A stretch of DNA of 64,000 bases, from IMG/VR virus record IMGVR_UViG_3300037247_001314, positions 42,805-106,804 of that record; one strand, written 5' to 3'. How positions within the stretch are numbered: position 1 is the stretch's first letter; every line of letters starts with the position of its first letter. The notes under the pieces were generated by a model, which did not search any database, was not told where the DNA came from, and saw nothing but the letters and a program-made list of their open reading frames with translations. Of this stretch, positions 18,916 to 28,219 are shown piece by piece. This DNA is from a virus. The translations under genes were made by a program, and so were the position numbers.

Positions 18916-19271
18916 GTCTCCCCCTTGGGCTTGTCGACGTCAGCTCTGAGGTCGACATTGACCGACGCCGTGGGGGTGGGCACCCTGAGCGTGACCTTGC
19001 CTCGCAGCTCCTTGCCCGGCATCCAAAAAACGCCTTGAAAACCGTCAATCTCACCTTGCGAAACCAAAAGGGCGAGACTTTTGAGCCACTCGGCGACTTG
19101 ACCGCGCTCGAGGTGAGCGCGGTCAAAGGTGGTGCCGGGGGGTACGTCAATATTAGGCACCCACGTCTGGGGCTTGCCCTGTACTTCTCGCGAAACACGG
19201 CAAGCCTCAGTCATCGCCATGCGCAGCGAGCTATCGATGTGGGAAATGGATTCTTCGTTGTCGTCGGTCAT
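18912..19271 (-). CDS. Hypothetical protein
   Basis: ATGA overlap. Confidence 0.55.
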   Translation of the reverse strand: MTDDNEESISHIDSSLRMAMTEACRVSREVQGKPQTWVPNIDVPPGTTFDRAHLERGQVAEWLKSLALLVSQGEIDGFQGVFWMPGKELRGKVTLRVPTPTASVNVDLRADVDKPKGET

Positions 19272-19768
19272 ACTTTTTCTTTCTTAGCCTTCTTGGTCTC
19301 AGCGCCAAATGGCCTACGCACGATGCGCTCTTTAGCGTTGAAATGTTTGCAGCCCTCGTAGGGGCAGGTGGACTGACTGTTAGGAAACGACGAGCACATC
19401 CGCGGTCGGTCCTCGTAGTCCAGACAGTTGCGTGTCTCGCCATCGAAATACTTGCAGGTGAAGAAGTTCACGCGAATGTCGTCGCGGTCATCCTGGCGCT
19501 GCGGGTGTATTGGGTTCCGCTTGTGCTTACCAAGGGGGATGAGCATGTCGGCAGCCTTCTGGACGTCGCGCCAACGCTCGTGCGCTCTCTCCCACGTTCC
19601 ATCGCAGGGGTAGTCGTTCCACGTCGGCTCTACTTCCTCGCGCGCCATTTTCTTGAGGGTAGTCAGCGAGAACGCCGCGCAACAATAGCCTTTGCAGCTG
19701 TTGGTCTTCGCCACCGTTTTGGGTGCAGACAGCTTTGGCAGCGAGTTCAGATTTGAAACTTTAACCAT
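19268..19768 (-). CDS. YkgJ-family cysteine-cluster protein
   Basis: CKGYCC...CKYFD...CLDYEDRPRMCSSFP. Confidence 0.75.
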   Translation of the reverse strand: MVKVSNLNSLPKLSAPKTVAKTNSCKGYCCAAFSLTTLKKMAREEVEPTWNDYPCDGTWERAHERWRDVQKAADMLIPLGKHKRNPIHPQRQDDRDDIRVNFFTCKYFDGETRNCLDYEDRPRMCSSFPNSQSTCPYEGCKHFNAKERIVRRPFGAETKKAKKEKV

Positions 19769-20015
19769 TGAGGTGCTCCCGTGCGCGAGCTAGCCACTCA
19801 GTGGTGTTGACCGACCGCTGTGTGAATGCGCTGGTTACGCGGTCACCTGCTTTGTGTTCCAGGAGGAACACAGCGTCGTCGACGATAGATCGACTGGTCG
19901 TGTCTTTTGCGCGCAAGCTCTTGACGTACTCGCGCACCGCGTTCTCCTTGCAGCCGTCGACCTTTTCGAGCGCAGCGAGCCACTCGTCGAATCTGTCGTC
20001 AGTCATCGGGGGCAT
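19761..20015 (-). CDS. Hypothetical protein
   Basis: Short coupled ORF. Confidence 0.5.
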   Translation of the reverse strand: MPPMTDDRFDEWLAALEKVDGCKENAVREYVKSLRAKDTTSRSIVDDAVFLLEHKAGDRVTSAFTQRSVNTTEWLARAREHLNG

Positions 20016-20395
20016 AGTCCGCGAGCCTCCGCGAGTAGCTGTTCAAGCACGCACTCGCGTTGTAGTGATTCCAGAATCGCTTTGGCGTCTTTGCGCCGCA
20101 GTGGGAAGCCGTCGCCGTTGTCCCAACCGGCTTTCGCGACGCCGCCAATGAACTCGACGAGAGTGTTGACGGCGACGTGGGTAGACTCATACCCCTGCAG
20201 CGCGAAAGCTCGTCGATTGAAATCGCATTTCTTCCACGTCGACGGGGTAGCCCATTCTTCAATGCGGAGGGTCTTGATGGTGTCCGCCTGTCTATCGATG
20301 CCGACGACGCGGCATTGCTGAGCCCAACGGTCAATGAGCAGCTGCCCAATGCGAGCAACTTTGAAGGTGAGGATGTCGCCGATGTGTAAGCTCAC
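20003..20395 (-). CDS. Hypothetical protein
   Basis: GTGA overlap. Confidence 0.55.
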   Translation of the reverse strand: MSLHIGDILTFKVARIGQLLIDRWAQQCRVVGIDRQADTIKTLRIEEWATPSTWKKCDFNRRAFALQGYESTHVAVNTLVEFIGGVAKAGWDNGDGFPLRRKDAKAILESLQRECVLEQLLAEARGLCPR

Positions 20396-20559
20396 ACACG
20401 TCTCCGCTCGTCGTAGTCGTTGCGTTTGCGGAACTCGCGCACGGCCGTGTCAGCTTCGCACGCCGCCTGCGCGCACCCGGAACAGGTAACCACCTCAGCA
20501 TAGACGCGCGTCCACAGCTGGCGCTCGTGGTCGTTCTTAAACTCTTCCAGTTGGTGCAT
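20392..20559 (-). CDS. Small hypothetical protein (55 aa, not in ORF track)
   Basis: AGGAGG SD; MHQLEEFKNDHERQLWTRVYAE...; follows a class B element. Confidence 0.6.
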   Translation of the reverse strand: MHQLEEFKNDHERQLWTRVYAEVVTCSGCAQAACEADTAVREFRKRNDYDERRRV

Positions 20560-20605
20560 CTGGACCTCCTACCCTAGACAACACTGGAGGTGTCTGGAGT
20601 GCAAC
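20560..20605 (-). promoter_or_regulatory. Class B upstream element
   Basis: GTTGCACTCCAGACACCTCCAGTGTTGTCTAGGGTAGGAGG, near-identical to 33013-33057. Confidence 0.65.
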
Positions 20606-21050
20606 CTCTTTTCTTTCGTCGGCGTGACATTTCTCGATGACCCCGCGGAGACAGGCTCACCCACGTGTGCCCTTCCTTGCGCACCACCGTTAGCCGCCCC
20701 GCTTCCTCAGCGCTCTTCACGTGGGCTGAAGCTGTCGACTGGGGCATGTCTAGGCCGTCGCGAATGTCCTGCAGCCTGAGCGTGCTCGCGCCCACGTAGA
20801 GCATGAGAACGAAGTGCCTGATGGGGATGAGGTCAGAGCGCGATGTGGGCATCGTCTGGAAGATGCTGCGGGCGAGCTCGCGGTCAGCGCGTCGCGGGCG
20901 GCACGCTGGGATGTGTCGGCGTTTGCGGGCCGCGTAGATCGCCTGCACCGAGACGTCCAGACGGGTGGCCAGCACCTGGTCCGGCACTTCCCCTAGAGGT
21001 TGCTCGTCCCACGCGACGCCACGAGGGGCAGATGTGCCACTTTTAGCCAT
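20574..21050 (-). CDS. Two-domain HTH/wHTH transcriptional regulator
   Basis: WDEQPLGEVPDQVLATRLDVS...; LQDIRDGLDMPQSTASAHVKSAEEAGRL. Confidence 0.7.
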   Translation of the reverse strand: MAKSGTSAPRGVAWDEQPLGEVPDQVLATRLDVSVQAIYAARKRRHIPACRPRRADRELARSIFQTMPTSRSDLIPIRHFVLMLYVGASTLRLQDIRDGLDMPQSTASAHVKSAEEAGRLTVVRKEGHTWVSLSPRGHREMSRRRKKRGCTPDTSSVV

Positions 21051-21148
21051 GCTGCCTCCGCACTCCCCCACCCCCGAAAGGCCCCATAAATGCCAGCAGA
21101 TCACCCTAAGTCGGATACTCCTCTAGCTTTTTTCGCTTTTTGAGGGGA

Positions 21149-21424
21149 TTAGCCGATCACCTTGAGCCGTGCCCGCCGCTCATTGCGAATGCGCACGCTC
21201 TGCACCACCTCCACACGCTTCGCTTTGGCGGCACCAGCAAGGTCTGCGGCCTGGATGAGCTTACGCTCCTCACTCGGCAATAGACGTGTCTGGATGCTTC
21301 CACAGAGGCACTGGCGCCAATGCTCCGCAGTGTTCACCGCCTCCTGCTCGACTATGTCCCCGCATTCAGGGCAGAAGAACGCGGTCATCTCTAAGTTTAT
21401 CTTGCTGCGCTTACGCTTTCCCAT
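21149..21424 (-). CDS. Zinc-ribbon hypothetical protein
   Basis: CPECG...QCLCG. Confidence 0.55.
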   Translation of the reverse strand: MGKRKRSKINLEMTAFFCPECGDIVEQEAVNTAEHWRQCLCGSIQTRLLPSEERKLIQAADLAGAAKAKRVEVVQSVRIRNERRARLKVIG

Positions 21425-22949
21425 CGTCGTCTCCTTTGATGTCTGGAAGCGTGCTGCCGTCTATAGGTGGGCGACCTGTCGTCGCTCGACGAAGGTTAAC
21501 CTCCTCCACAAAGCAATGCTTGCTTACGCGGCCACCAACCCAGTGGTACAAATACATCTGGACATCGTGATGAGCTCTTGGGTGGGTAGGCAGAGACTGC
21601 AGCTGGAGCTCGTCCGCGGAGGGGAAATCTCCTAGTTTGAGAGTTGAGGGGTTGCCCGCTAAGAACAGCTGCACGATATCTTTTACGCTCATCGGTGCGC
21701 TGTCTGTCTGGACGTCGTTGGTGGACCATTCCTCGGGCCCTGGAGTGAGGTTGCCCTGCCCGTCAACCGCAATCGTGCGCGACACCAACACAGCATCTTT
21801 GGTAGGAGTAGCTGCCACAGGCTCTCGGATGGTGATGGTCTTCTCATCCAAGTCCACTTCCAGATGGCAGACAGCGAGCATGCGAGCAGTGATTCCATGG
21901 TGCAGCAGCGCCTCGGGCATCGAGCCGCGGTTCTCAGTTGAAATGTCAGACAGCACACCTCGTACCTGCTGCACCAAGGGTTCGGCATTTCGGGGCACGC
22001 GGAAGGCGAGGGGTAGCCCCTGGTATTCCAGACGCACGCCGTTGAATATCAGTGCGCAATCAACGCAGTCGATGCGCCCCCACTGCAGGAGCTTTGCTTT
22101 GTCTTCCCTCTGTCCCTCGTACATGCGGTGCCACGTCTCCGCGTCTCGGCCAAGGTGCTCGTGGGCTGCAGGATCCTTCACCTCGTTGGCGAAGGTGGCC
22201 GCTAGTTCTTTGAGCCGCTCAGGCTGGCCGTCGGAGCTCATCGACGTCCAGACAGTCTTGAGGTTTTCATGGGCAAGTGTGTTGGGCTCGATGGATAGCC
22301 CTGAGTCGAGGGCAGTGACAAGTCCGCGCAGGAGACCATGCAGCACGATGACTTGGACCTTTTGTTCTGTCAGCGTGGTGGGCTGCCCGCCAGCATCGGC
22401 CACCCCGACGTAATAAGCAGCGTGCGCTTCACTGCGTGCGTTCTGTAGCTTCTGCTCGAAGTCCGGTATCTGGCTCGCACGCTCTGCGAGTTCGGCGATG
22501 AGCCTTGGAATGTTTTCGATGTCCTGGTCGGACGTGCGCAAGCTCATCGCCTTGTACACCTTGCCCACGAACGCCGCATAGAGCCCCTTCGCCGTGAGCA
22601 GCTCTCTGTCGTCATTGCCTAGCAGCTTGAGGTCTGGACGCTTGTGTTTCGTGCTCACGTGGTTGAACTTCGAGATGACGTGCTTGGCGAGGTCGATGCC
22701 GAGCGCCGTCGCTGTGAGGTCGACGTACGTGATGGTGTCCGCGAGCTCGTCGGCGACCATCTCTTTGGTGCCCTTGCCCTGCCTGAGTTTGTTGATGGCG
22801 TTGCAAACCTCACCGGCTTCGCCGGCCATGAGCGCCGCCCATTCAAGCGGGCTGTTGTGCTCGATGGGGTAGAACACGGCTTCACATCTAGCGGCGTTGG
22901 TGCGGCTGAGTTCGCCAAAGGTCAGATGGGTTTCGTTAGGCGTCGTCAT
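21411..22949 (-). CDS. MazG-like NTP pyrophosphohydrolase domain fused to an unknown region
   Basis: MAGEAGEVCNAINKL...ADELADTITYVDL (ExxE...ExxD). Confidence 0.75.
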   Translation of the reverse strand: MTTPNETHLTFGELSRTNAARCEAVFYPIEHNSPLEWAALMAGEAGEVCNAINKLRQGKGTKEMVADELADTITYVDLTATALGIDLAKHVISKFNHVSTKHKRPDLKLLGNDDRELLTAKGLYAAFVGKVYKAMSLRTSDQDIENIPRLIAELAERASQIPDFEQKLQNARSEAHAAYYVGVADAGGQPTTLTEQKVQVIVLHGLLRGLVTALDSGLSIEPNTLAHENLKTVWTSMSSDGQPERLKELAATFANEVKDPAAHEHLGRDAETWHRMYEGQREDKAKLLQWGRIDCVDCALIFNGVRLEYQGLPLAFRVPRNAEPLVQQVRGVLSDISTENRGSMPEALLHHGITARMLAVCHLEVDLDEKTITIREPVAATPTKDAVLVSRTIAVDGQGNLTPGPEEWSTNDVQTDSAPMSVKDIVQLFLAGNPSTLKLGDFPSADELQLQSLPTHPRAHHDVQMYLYHWVGGRVSKHCFVEEVNLRRATTGRPPIDGSTLPDIKGDDDGKA

Positions 22950-23146
22950 TGTCGTTGCTCTTCGTGTTTAGGTTGGACGCAGCTCATCCCTTCGTCCAGA
23001 CAGTTGCATTCGCACGGCTGCACAACGGATTCCACAAAGTAAAGGAGGCCTGCCACGAACGCGGCCAATCCGAGCACAAACGCGAGGGCGAGCAGACTCG
23101 CCTGGAACAGCCTCAGGAACAGAGTTTCTAGATCAACCATCGGCAT
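22946..23146 (-). CDS. Small membrane protein
   Basis: One long hydrophobic helix. Confidence 0.55.
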   Translation of the reverse strand: MPMVDLETLFLRLFQASLLALAFVLGLAAFVAGLLYFVESVVQPCECNCLDEGMSCVQPKHEEQRQ

Positions 23147-23483
23147 TGTCCTTCGTGTGTAGGTTGGACCGAGCCTTGATGAGTTCCGTGGTGGCCGTCA
23201 CAAGCGCAGCTTCCAGACGCGTGCGCTGAGCTTTCACTTCGGGCAACACAGGGTCTTCCTGCATGTTGTGCACAGCGACGGCCGCGTTGGCGACAGCGTT
23301 CTCAAGCTCGCCGATGTGCGCGCCCTTCTCGAAGCACTCGGTCATCACCTCTTGCAGCTTCTTATCGCTATCGAACGGTTTGAAGGTCACGCATCCGGCG
23401 CCGGCAGGGCAAGGCGAGTCTACGGTGATCACGTCGAAGATGTCGTAAGGCCATTCGATTTTAATAGTGGGTACGTCAGCCAT
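23133..23483 (-). CDS. Hypothetical protein
   Basis: ATG 23483 with GAGGAG SD. Confidence 0.55.
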   Translation of the reverse strand: MADVPTIKIEWPYDIFDVITVDSPCPAGAGCVTFKPFDSDKKLQEVMTECFEKGAHIGELENAVANAAVAVHNMQEDPVLPEVKAQRTRLEAALVTATTELIKARSNLHTKDNADG

Positions 23484-23703
23484 CTGGAAGCTCCTCGACG
23501 GGTAGTTCGGTGAACGCCTCGCCGTACAGGTTGAGGTGTTGTCTGTACTCGGCCTTCGTTCGCGCGATGAGCGTGTCGTCCGGGTACTCGTAGACGCCAT
23601 GGCGCTCACACGCCTTTGTCCCACAGTCCAGACAGTCTCGCGGGTTGTCCATCGGCTGGATGGTGCCGGGCGGGTCAGGATCGCCCGGCTGCCACTTAGC
23701 CAT
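23476..23703 (-). CDS. Hypothetical protein
   Basis: CLDC...C motif. Confidence 0.5.
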   Translation of the reverse strand: MAKWQPGDPDPPGTIQPMDNPRDCLDCGTKACERHGVYEYPDDTLIARTKAEYRQHLNLYGEAFTELPVEELPDG

Positions 23704-24313
23704 CGTCGCTGTCCTTTGGGTCGAGTTCGCCGGTAGTTACGCCACCGTGCAAATAGCGATGAAGGTCTTTCTTTCCTCGCATACTCTCGTCGATGATGTC
23801 GTCCACCTGCTCAGGGGAGAGGACGGCTTTGGGGTCCGTCTTCTCAGCCACATCCATCGGACATGGCACGCCTTCTTGGCTGCCGGAGTCGTACGGTTCG
23901 TTAAGCACAGCGAGGTGATCGACCTCCTCGACAACACGCGTGACGGTCAGCTTCAACTCGCTCGCGCCCGGCTCAACATCGACAACGTCGTCAGCGCTGT
24001 ATTGGAACGTGTGAAGGGAGTCTGGAGCCGTAAGTAGTTCCCAAGCGGTCCCGCACATTACGCACTTACCCTCGTGGTAGCTGGTCGACCCGCAAGCGCG
24101 GCAATGACGCTTAGTCTGTCCCACGCGCACGCCGCCTATTTCCAGACGGGAGATGCGTGGTGTGAAGCCGGCTTTGGGTGGCTGCGCACGTGCCGCGATG
24201 AGCGCGTCGCACGCGGCGTGTAATCGTTCCTCTGCGTTTGGATCGTCCGACACTCCAGACGTCCGCCACGCGAGAGCCGCTTCAATAACGCCGTCTTCTT
24301 CTTCGGTGAGCAT
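23696..24313 (-). CDS. Zinc-ribbon hypothetical protein
   Basis: CRACG...CVMCG. Confidence 0.55.
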   Translation of the reverse strand: MLTEEEDGVIEAALAWRTSGVSDDPNAEERLHAACDALIAARAQPPKAGFTPRISRLEIGGVRVGQTKRHCRACGSTSYHEGKCVMCGTAWELLTAPDSLHTFQYSADDVVDVEPGASELKLTVTRVVEEVDHLAVLNEPYDSGSQEGVPCPMDVAEKTDPKAVLSPEQVDDIIDESMRGKKDLHRYLHGGVTTGELDPKDSDDG

Positions 24314-24315
24314 CG

Positions 24316-24567
24316 TCAGCCCCCCATGGTGCCGAGTTCTTCATCTGAAGGCTCGCGCGGTTGTTGTTTTGTGAGAACACGAATCGTCGTGCCAGCGAGC
24401 ACTGCCCGTGCCCGCGAGACAGCTGCAATCTGTTTGTCCTCGTCGTCGATATCGATGTCGTGTAGCGAGGTCTCTGCCCCGAGTCTACTAAGCACCTCAG
24501 CAATGTACGCAGCGGCAGTTGTCTTCCCGCTTCTCCAGGGGCCTTCAACGGTAATCGTAATGGTCAT
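24316..24567 (-). CDS. Miniature P-loop protein (dTMP-kinase-like N-terminus only)
   Basis: ITVEGPWRSGKTT; only 83 aa. Confidence 0.55.
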   Translation of the reverse strand: MTITITVEGPWRSGKTTAAAYIAEVLSRLGAETSLHDIDIDDEDKQIAAVSRARAVLAGTTIRVLTKQQPREPSDEELGTMGG

Positions 24568-24822
24568 CTAATCCTCCTCGTCGTGTGAAATCATCTCAGC
24601 CGACCAGCCTCCAGGGGCGGAGGTCTTCTTCTCGGCGAGCTTGGCTTTGCATTGGCCCACCGCCTCCTTGGCGACATCTGGACACATGACTTCGTTGGCG
24701 CCCATGACGAGGTGCCCGTGCTCGGTGCTCTTGCAGCCAAGGCAAGGTGGGTCCGCGCGGGGCCACAAGATGAAAGGGCCGATGTCGAAGTCGATGGTGT
24801 GCTTGTCGTCGTCAGTCGCCAT
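24568..24822 (-). CDS. Hypothetical protein
   Basis: GGGAGG SD. Confidence 0.5.
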   Translation of the reverse strand: MATDDDKHTIDFDIGPFILWPRADPPCLGCKSTEHGHLVMGANEVMCPDVAKEAVGQCKAKLAEKKTSAPGGWSAEMISHDEED

Positions 24823-26752
24823 CGCTGCCTCCCAAGATCATCATCTGCTCGTGCGTGATGAGGCAAAGCTTGTTTGCGTTGAGGTAGTTGTGCAGCGCCT
24901 TCTCGAAAAGCTTCTGGAACGCTGGCCCCTCGGCGAGCGGCTGGACGTCGAGCTCCATGCCCTCAAGGAGGACGGCAGTCATCGTCTGGACATCGTGGGC
25001 TTCCATCCACTCGTCGATCTGCTGCCCGAACTTATGGAGCTTCGAGAACTGCCCGTGCGGCGTGTCGGCGGGGACCTTGAGCGTGATGACAAACACTGGC
25101 GGGCCGAGCTCGTCTGGGGCCAGCGCCTGAACACTCGGCGCGTCTATGGCGAGGTGCGAGTTGTCGGCGCCGGCCACCATTTGGTACCACTTCTCTTTGA
25201 ACTCAGCGAGAGCCTTAGGCGGAACCTCGCCCGTGAACTTGATGACGTCGTTAGGTCGGGGCTCTTTCTCCTCGTGAGGGATGTTGTCGACGTCAATACC
25301 CAGCTGCTTCGCGGCCGTGGGGGACATGCACACATCGGTGGGTGGGCTGAAGTTGTGGGCGCTCTTGATGATGTCGACCGCAGCAGCGACGTCGTCCGCG
25401 TCGATAGGCTTGTGGGTCTGCCAGTTAGGGGTCTCCAAGTTAGAGGTGGGCACTCCCATAGCTGCAACGGCCTTCTTCTCTTTCTTCGTTAAAGGCGCTT
25501 GGGACGCTGTCCAGACAGGAACCCCTTCGGCCTCAGAGATCGCCTTAGCCATCGCAAGCTTCGTGGGCACGGTAGCGAAGTTAGTTGTTGCGGGCGCAGG
25601 CACGACATCGCCCGCGTCCGCCATGGCGGCAACAGCCTTTTGCGCAAGAGTATCTGCGTCCAACCCAATCTTGACGACGTCGCTTTCCCTCACCTTCTTG
25701 AGCAGGTGGAACGTAATGTCGCCGCCCTCGTCGGTAGCCCTGGGCACCACCTTAAGCTCTGCATACGCGGCGGCAGAAGCAGCGGATGAGTAGGGGTTGG
25801 TGAAAGCTTTGAGAGGGTCATCAAACCAGCTTGGCTTTTCCGGCATGAGTGCTGACAAGTCGGACAGGTCGGTACTCACCAGGTTGGCTACCCCCTCCAG
25901 CCCATACTGAAACGTATGTAGGGGGAAGCCCGGCCCTAGCTCCGCATTCGGGTCGTGCGCGTACACATCCCACCCCAGCTTCATCTCCACACCGCTGGGT
26001 GAACTGAGGTCCAGACACTGTTGCAGCGCGACCTGCACGTCTTGAAATACCGCCTGCGACGTCACACCCTCGGGCACGACAACGTGCACACCAACCTTGT
26101 GGCAAGGGGCGGTGCCAAACGAATAACCCGGCATGTGGTCTATTTTCAGCACAGTGAACCCGTACTTTCTCAGGTTCTCCTTCACGAAATAGTCGAGGTC
26201 GTAGTCGGTAACCAGCGTGTGTACAGAGGGTTTGACGTCAACGGCTACGGCAAGCCCCTGGGGCGCGGCCAGCGCGATATGGGCTGGCGGCTTCTTGAGC
26301 TTGATAGAGAAGCCAGGGTTGACGCCGGGCGGTGGGAGAAGCGCGCCTACTAGGGAGACCTTCAACCCAGCCAACTTCTTGAACTCGTTTAAGAGGGCCG
26401 GGTCAACGTCGGCACCCTCCGTCTTCGCAAGAAGGTCGGTGTAATCCATGATGGCGGGCCCTTGCGCCAACGCAGGGTAGCCGCCAACCGCCTTGGTGCT
26501 ATCAAAAGCAGCCTGCCCCTGCACCAACGCATTCACAGAGGGCACCCACTTCACCGGACCTTTTAGGGGGCCAAGCCATTCATTCGTCGACTCGAAGTCG
26601 AAGGCGACGAGCGGTTCCTTAGGTGTCGCGCCAATCGCCTTCATAGGCGCGTCGACGTCGAACAGACTTAGCGACTCGCCGGTGTCCTTTGGCTGCCCAT
26701 CGAACCCCAGCGATACGTGCGGAACCAGGGGCGTGATTTTGATGTCCATCAT
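24812..26752 (-). CDS. Large mosaic hypothetical protein
   Basis: 646 aa; short segments resemble capsid and portal motifs. Confidence 0.65.
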   Translation of the reverse strand: MMDIKITPLVPHVSLGFDGQPKDTGESLSLFDVDAPMKAIGATPKEPLVAFDFESTNEWLGPLKGPVKWVPSVNALVQGQAAFDSTKAVGGYPALAQGPAIMDYTDLLAKTEGADVDPALLNEFKKLAGLKVSLVGALLPPPGVNPGFSIKLKKPPAHIALAAPQGLAVAVDVKPSVHTLVTDYDLDYFVKENLRKYGFTVLKIDHMPGYSFGTAPCHKVGVHVVVPEGVTSQAVFQDVQVALQQCLDLSSPSGVEMKLGWDVYAHDPNAELGPGFPLHTFQYGLEGVANLVSTDLSDLSALMPEKPSWFDDPLKAFTNPYSSAASAAAYAELKVVPRATDEGGDITFHLLKKVRESDVVKIGLDADTLAQKAVAAMADAGDVVPAPATTNFATVPTKLAMAKAISEAEGVPVWTASQAPLTKKEKKAVAAMGVPTSNLETPNWQTHKPIDADDVAAAVDIIKSAHNFSPPTDVCMSPTAAKQLGIDVDNIPHEEKEPRPNDVIKFTGEVPPKALAEFKEKWYQMVAGADNSHLAIDAPSVQALAPDELGPPVFVITLKVPADTPHGQFSKLHKFGQQIDEWMEAHDVQTMTAVLLEGMELDVQPLAEGPAFQKLFEKALHNYLNANKLCLITHEQMMILGGSDGD

Positions 26753-27144
26753 GCAGCCTTGAACTCGCGCCGTAGCGTAGCCTCGATACCGGACAGCGCA
26801 TCATCCGTGTAATAGCCTGGGTCCAGTCTGAACGCCGCCATCACCTTGTCGACGAACGCGCCGTTAATGCTGCGGGCCTCTTTGAGCTCACCTGCGCGCT
26901 GCGCGAGGAGAAGCACCTGCCCGTCGATGGTGTCCTGGGCCGCCTCTAGTTTGAGGATGAGTTCCAGAGCTTCTACCGAGGAGGTAGTGGCGGGCTGTTG
27001 TGCAGCGGCGCTTTGTAGCTCTTCAGCGTGAGCCTGAAGCCGTGTGCAGCGGTCGCCCAGTTCAGCAATCATACACACATCGTCGCTGCGGGCCTCGTGG
27101 ATAAGACCGATAGCAGTCCGTATTTTATCATCAGCATCTGACAC
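26749..27144 (-). CDS. Coiled-coil hypothetical protein
   Basis: GTG start after GAGGG SD. Confidence 0.55.
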   Translation of the reverse strand: MSDADDKIRTAIGLIHEARSDDVCMIAELGDRCTRLQAHAEELQSAAAQQPATTSSVEALELILKLEAAQDTIDGQVLLLAQRAGELKEARSINGAFVDKVMAAFRLDPGYYTDDALSGIEATLRREFKAA

Positions 27145-27146
27145 GA

Positions 27147-27398
27147 TTATCCCTCGGGAAGCAGCGCGGTGACCTTGAGCCCCAACGCATCCGCGATAAC
27201 GCACATCGTGGCCAGCGTCGGGTGGCGGTCACCCCGCTCCAGTTTGAGGATGGCGTCGTAGTGCATGTCGCAAGCGGCTGCCAACTGGGAACGAGTGAGT
27301 TTCTGCTCCCCGCGCACGCCTTCCAGACGCGTGCCGAACCCGGCACGAGCTTGTTTATTAAACTCGCTTGCTTCTTTTTCGGAGTTACCCATGATCAC
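27147..27398 (-). CDS. XRE-family HTH regulator
   Basis: FGTRLEGVRGEQKLTRSQLA...ILKLERGDRHPTLATM...IADALG. Confidence 0.9.
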   Translation of the reverse strand: MIMGNSEKEASEFNKQARAGFGTRLEGVRGEQKLTRSQLAAACDMHYDAILKLERGDRHPTLATMCVIADALGLKVTALLPEG

Positions 27399-27407
27399 CT
27401 TTCAGAG

Positions 27408-28160
27408 TTAAAGGAACGCTTCCTCGTCGAAGTTTGCGAAGTATTCGGATGTGTAATACTTGTCGGCAAGCACTTTCCTACGAGGACGAGGCGCCGGCCT
27501 GGCAGCTTGAGCCCGTCGTTTTTGCCAAAGACGGTCTTTGTCGGTGCCTACCGAAAAGTTCCCCTCGCGCAGGGCAGCGCAGAGGTCTAGGTCGTCGGTG
27601 ATGGGACGCTTGAACTCCGTCCAAACGACGCCGAGCATGCTCGCATGGTGCGCGTCGCTGCCGGCTGTAATGGGCAGCCCCATCGAAATCGCAGCCTGCC
27701 GTGCCAACCGATTGGTCTCGCGGTGGTCCACCTCAACCTGACCGTTGTAGCCCTCGACGGCGGCAAGACCCGTGAGTTCTTTGAGCCGCTCCCCCGCGGA
27801 CCTCTTGTACACTTTGTACGGATGGGGCAGCACACAAGCGCCGCCCATCGCGTTGACCTCGTCAATGACCGCTTGGGTGTCGGGGTACATCCCCCACGCC
27901 CCCCACGGGACGTCCACACCAAAAATCAGTAGATGGTTGAGGCTCGTGCTGTACTCGACGCCGATGAACGCGCGGATGCCTGCTTCTTCCAAGGCCGCAG
28001 CCACTCGGTAAACCTCCGTGTTGTCCTCGACGGTGTTGGCATGGTGATCGGTGAGGCAAACCCCATCCAACCCGGTAGACACCGCGGCCCGCACGATGTC
28101 CGCGGCCGGACTCCGGCCGTCGCTGCCCAACGTATGCGCATGTAAATCAACCTTGAACAT
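27408..28160 (-). CDS. PHP-domain phosphoesterase
   Basis: DLHAHT...SDG, LTDHH, GVEYST, HPY, VEGYNG, GSDAH. Confidence 0.9.
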   Translation of the reverse strand: MFKVDLHAHTLGSDGRSPAADIVRAAVSTGLDGVCLTDHHANTVEDNTEVYRVAAALEEAGIRAFIGVEYSTSLNHLLIFGVDVPWGAWGMYPDTQAVIDEVNAMGGACVLPHPYKVYKRSAGERLKELTGLAAVEGYNGQVEVDHRETNRLARQAAISMGLPITAGSDAHHASMLGVVWTEFKRPITDDLDLCAALREGNFSVGTDKDRLWQKRRAQAARPAPRPRRKVLADKYYTSEYFANFDEEAFL

Positions 28161-28177
28161 CCCAGCCTCCACCAACC

Positions 28178-28210
28178 AGCATAGCAGCGGGCACATTGCT
28201 GTCAAGACAA
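28178..28210 (-). promoter_or_regulatory. Sigma70-type promoter with shared operator (class A), upstream of PHP-XRE
   Basis: TGTC-TTGACA-gcaatgtgcccgctgc-TATGCT. Confidence 0.75.
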
Positions 28211-28219
28211 AAGACTTGG

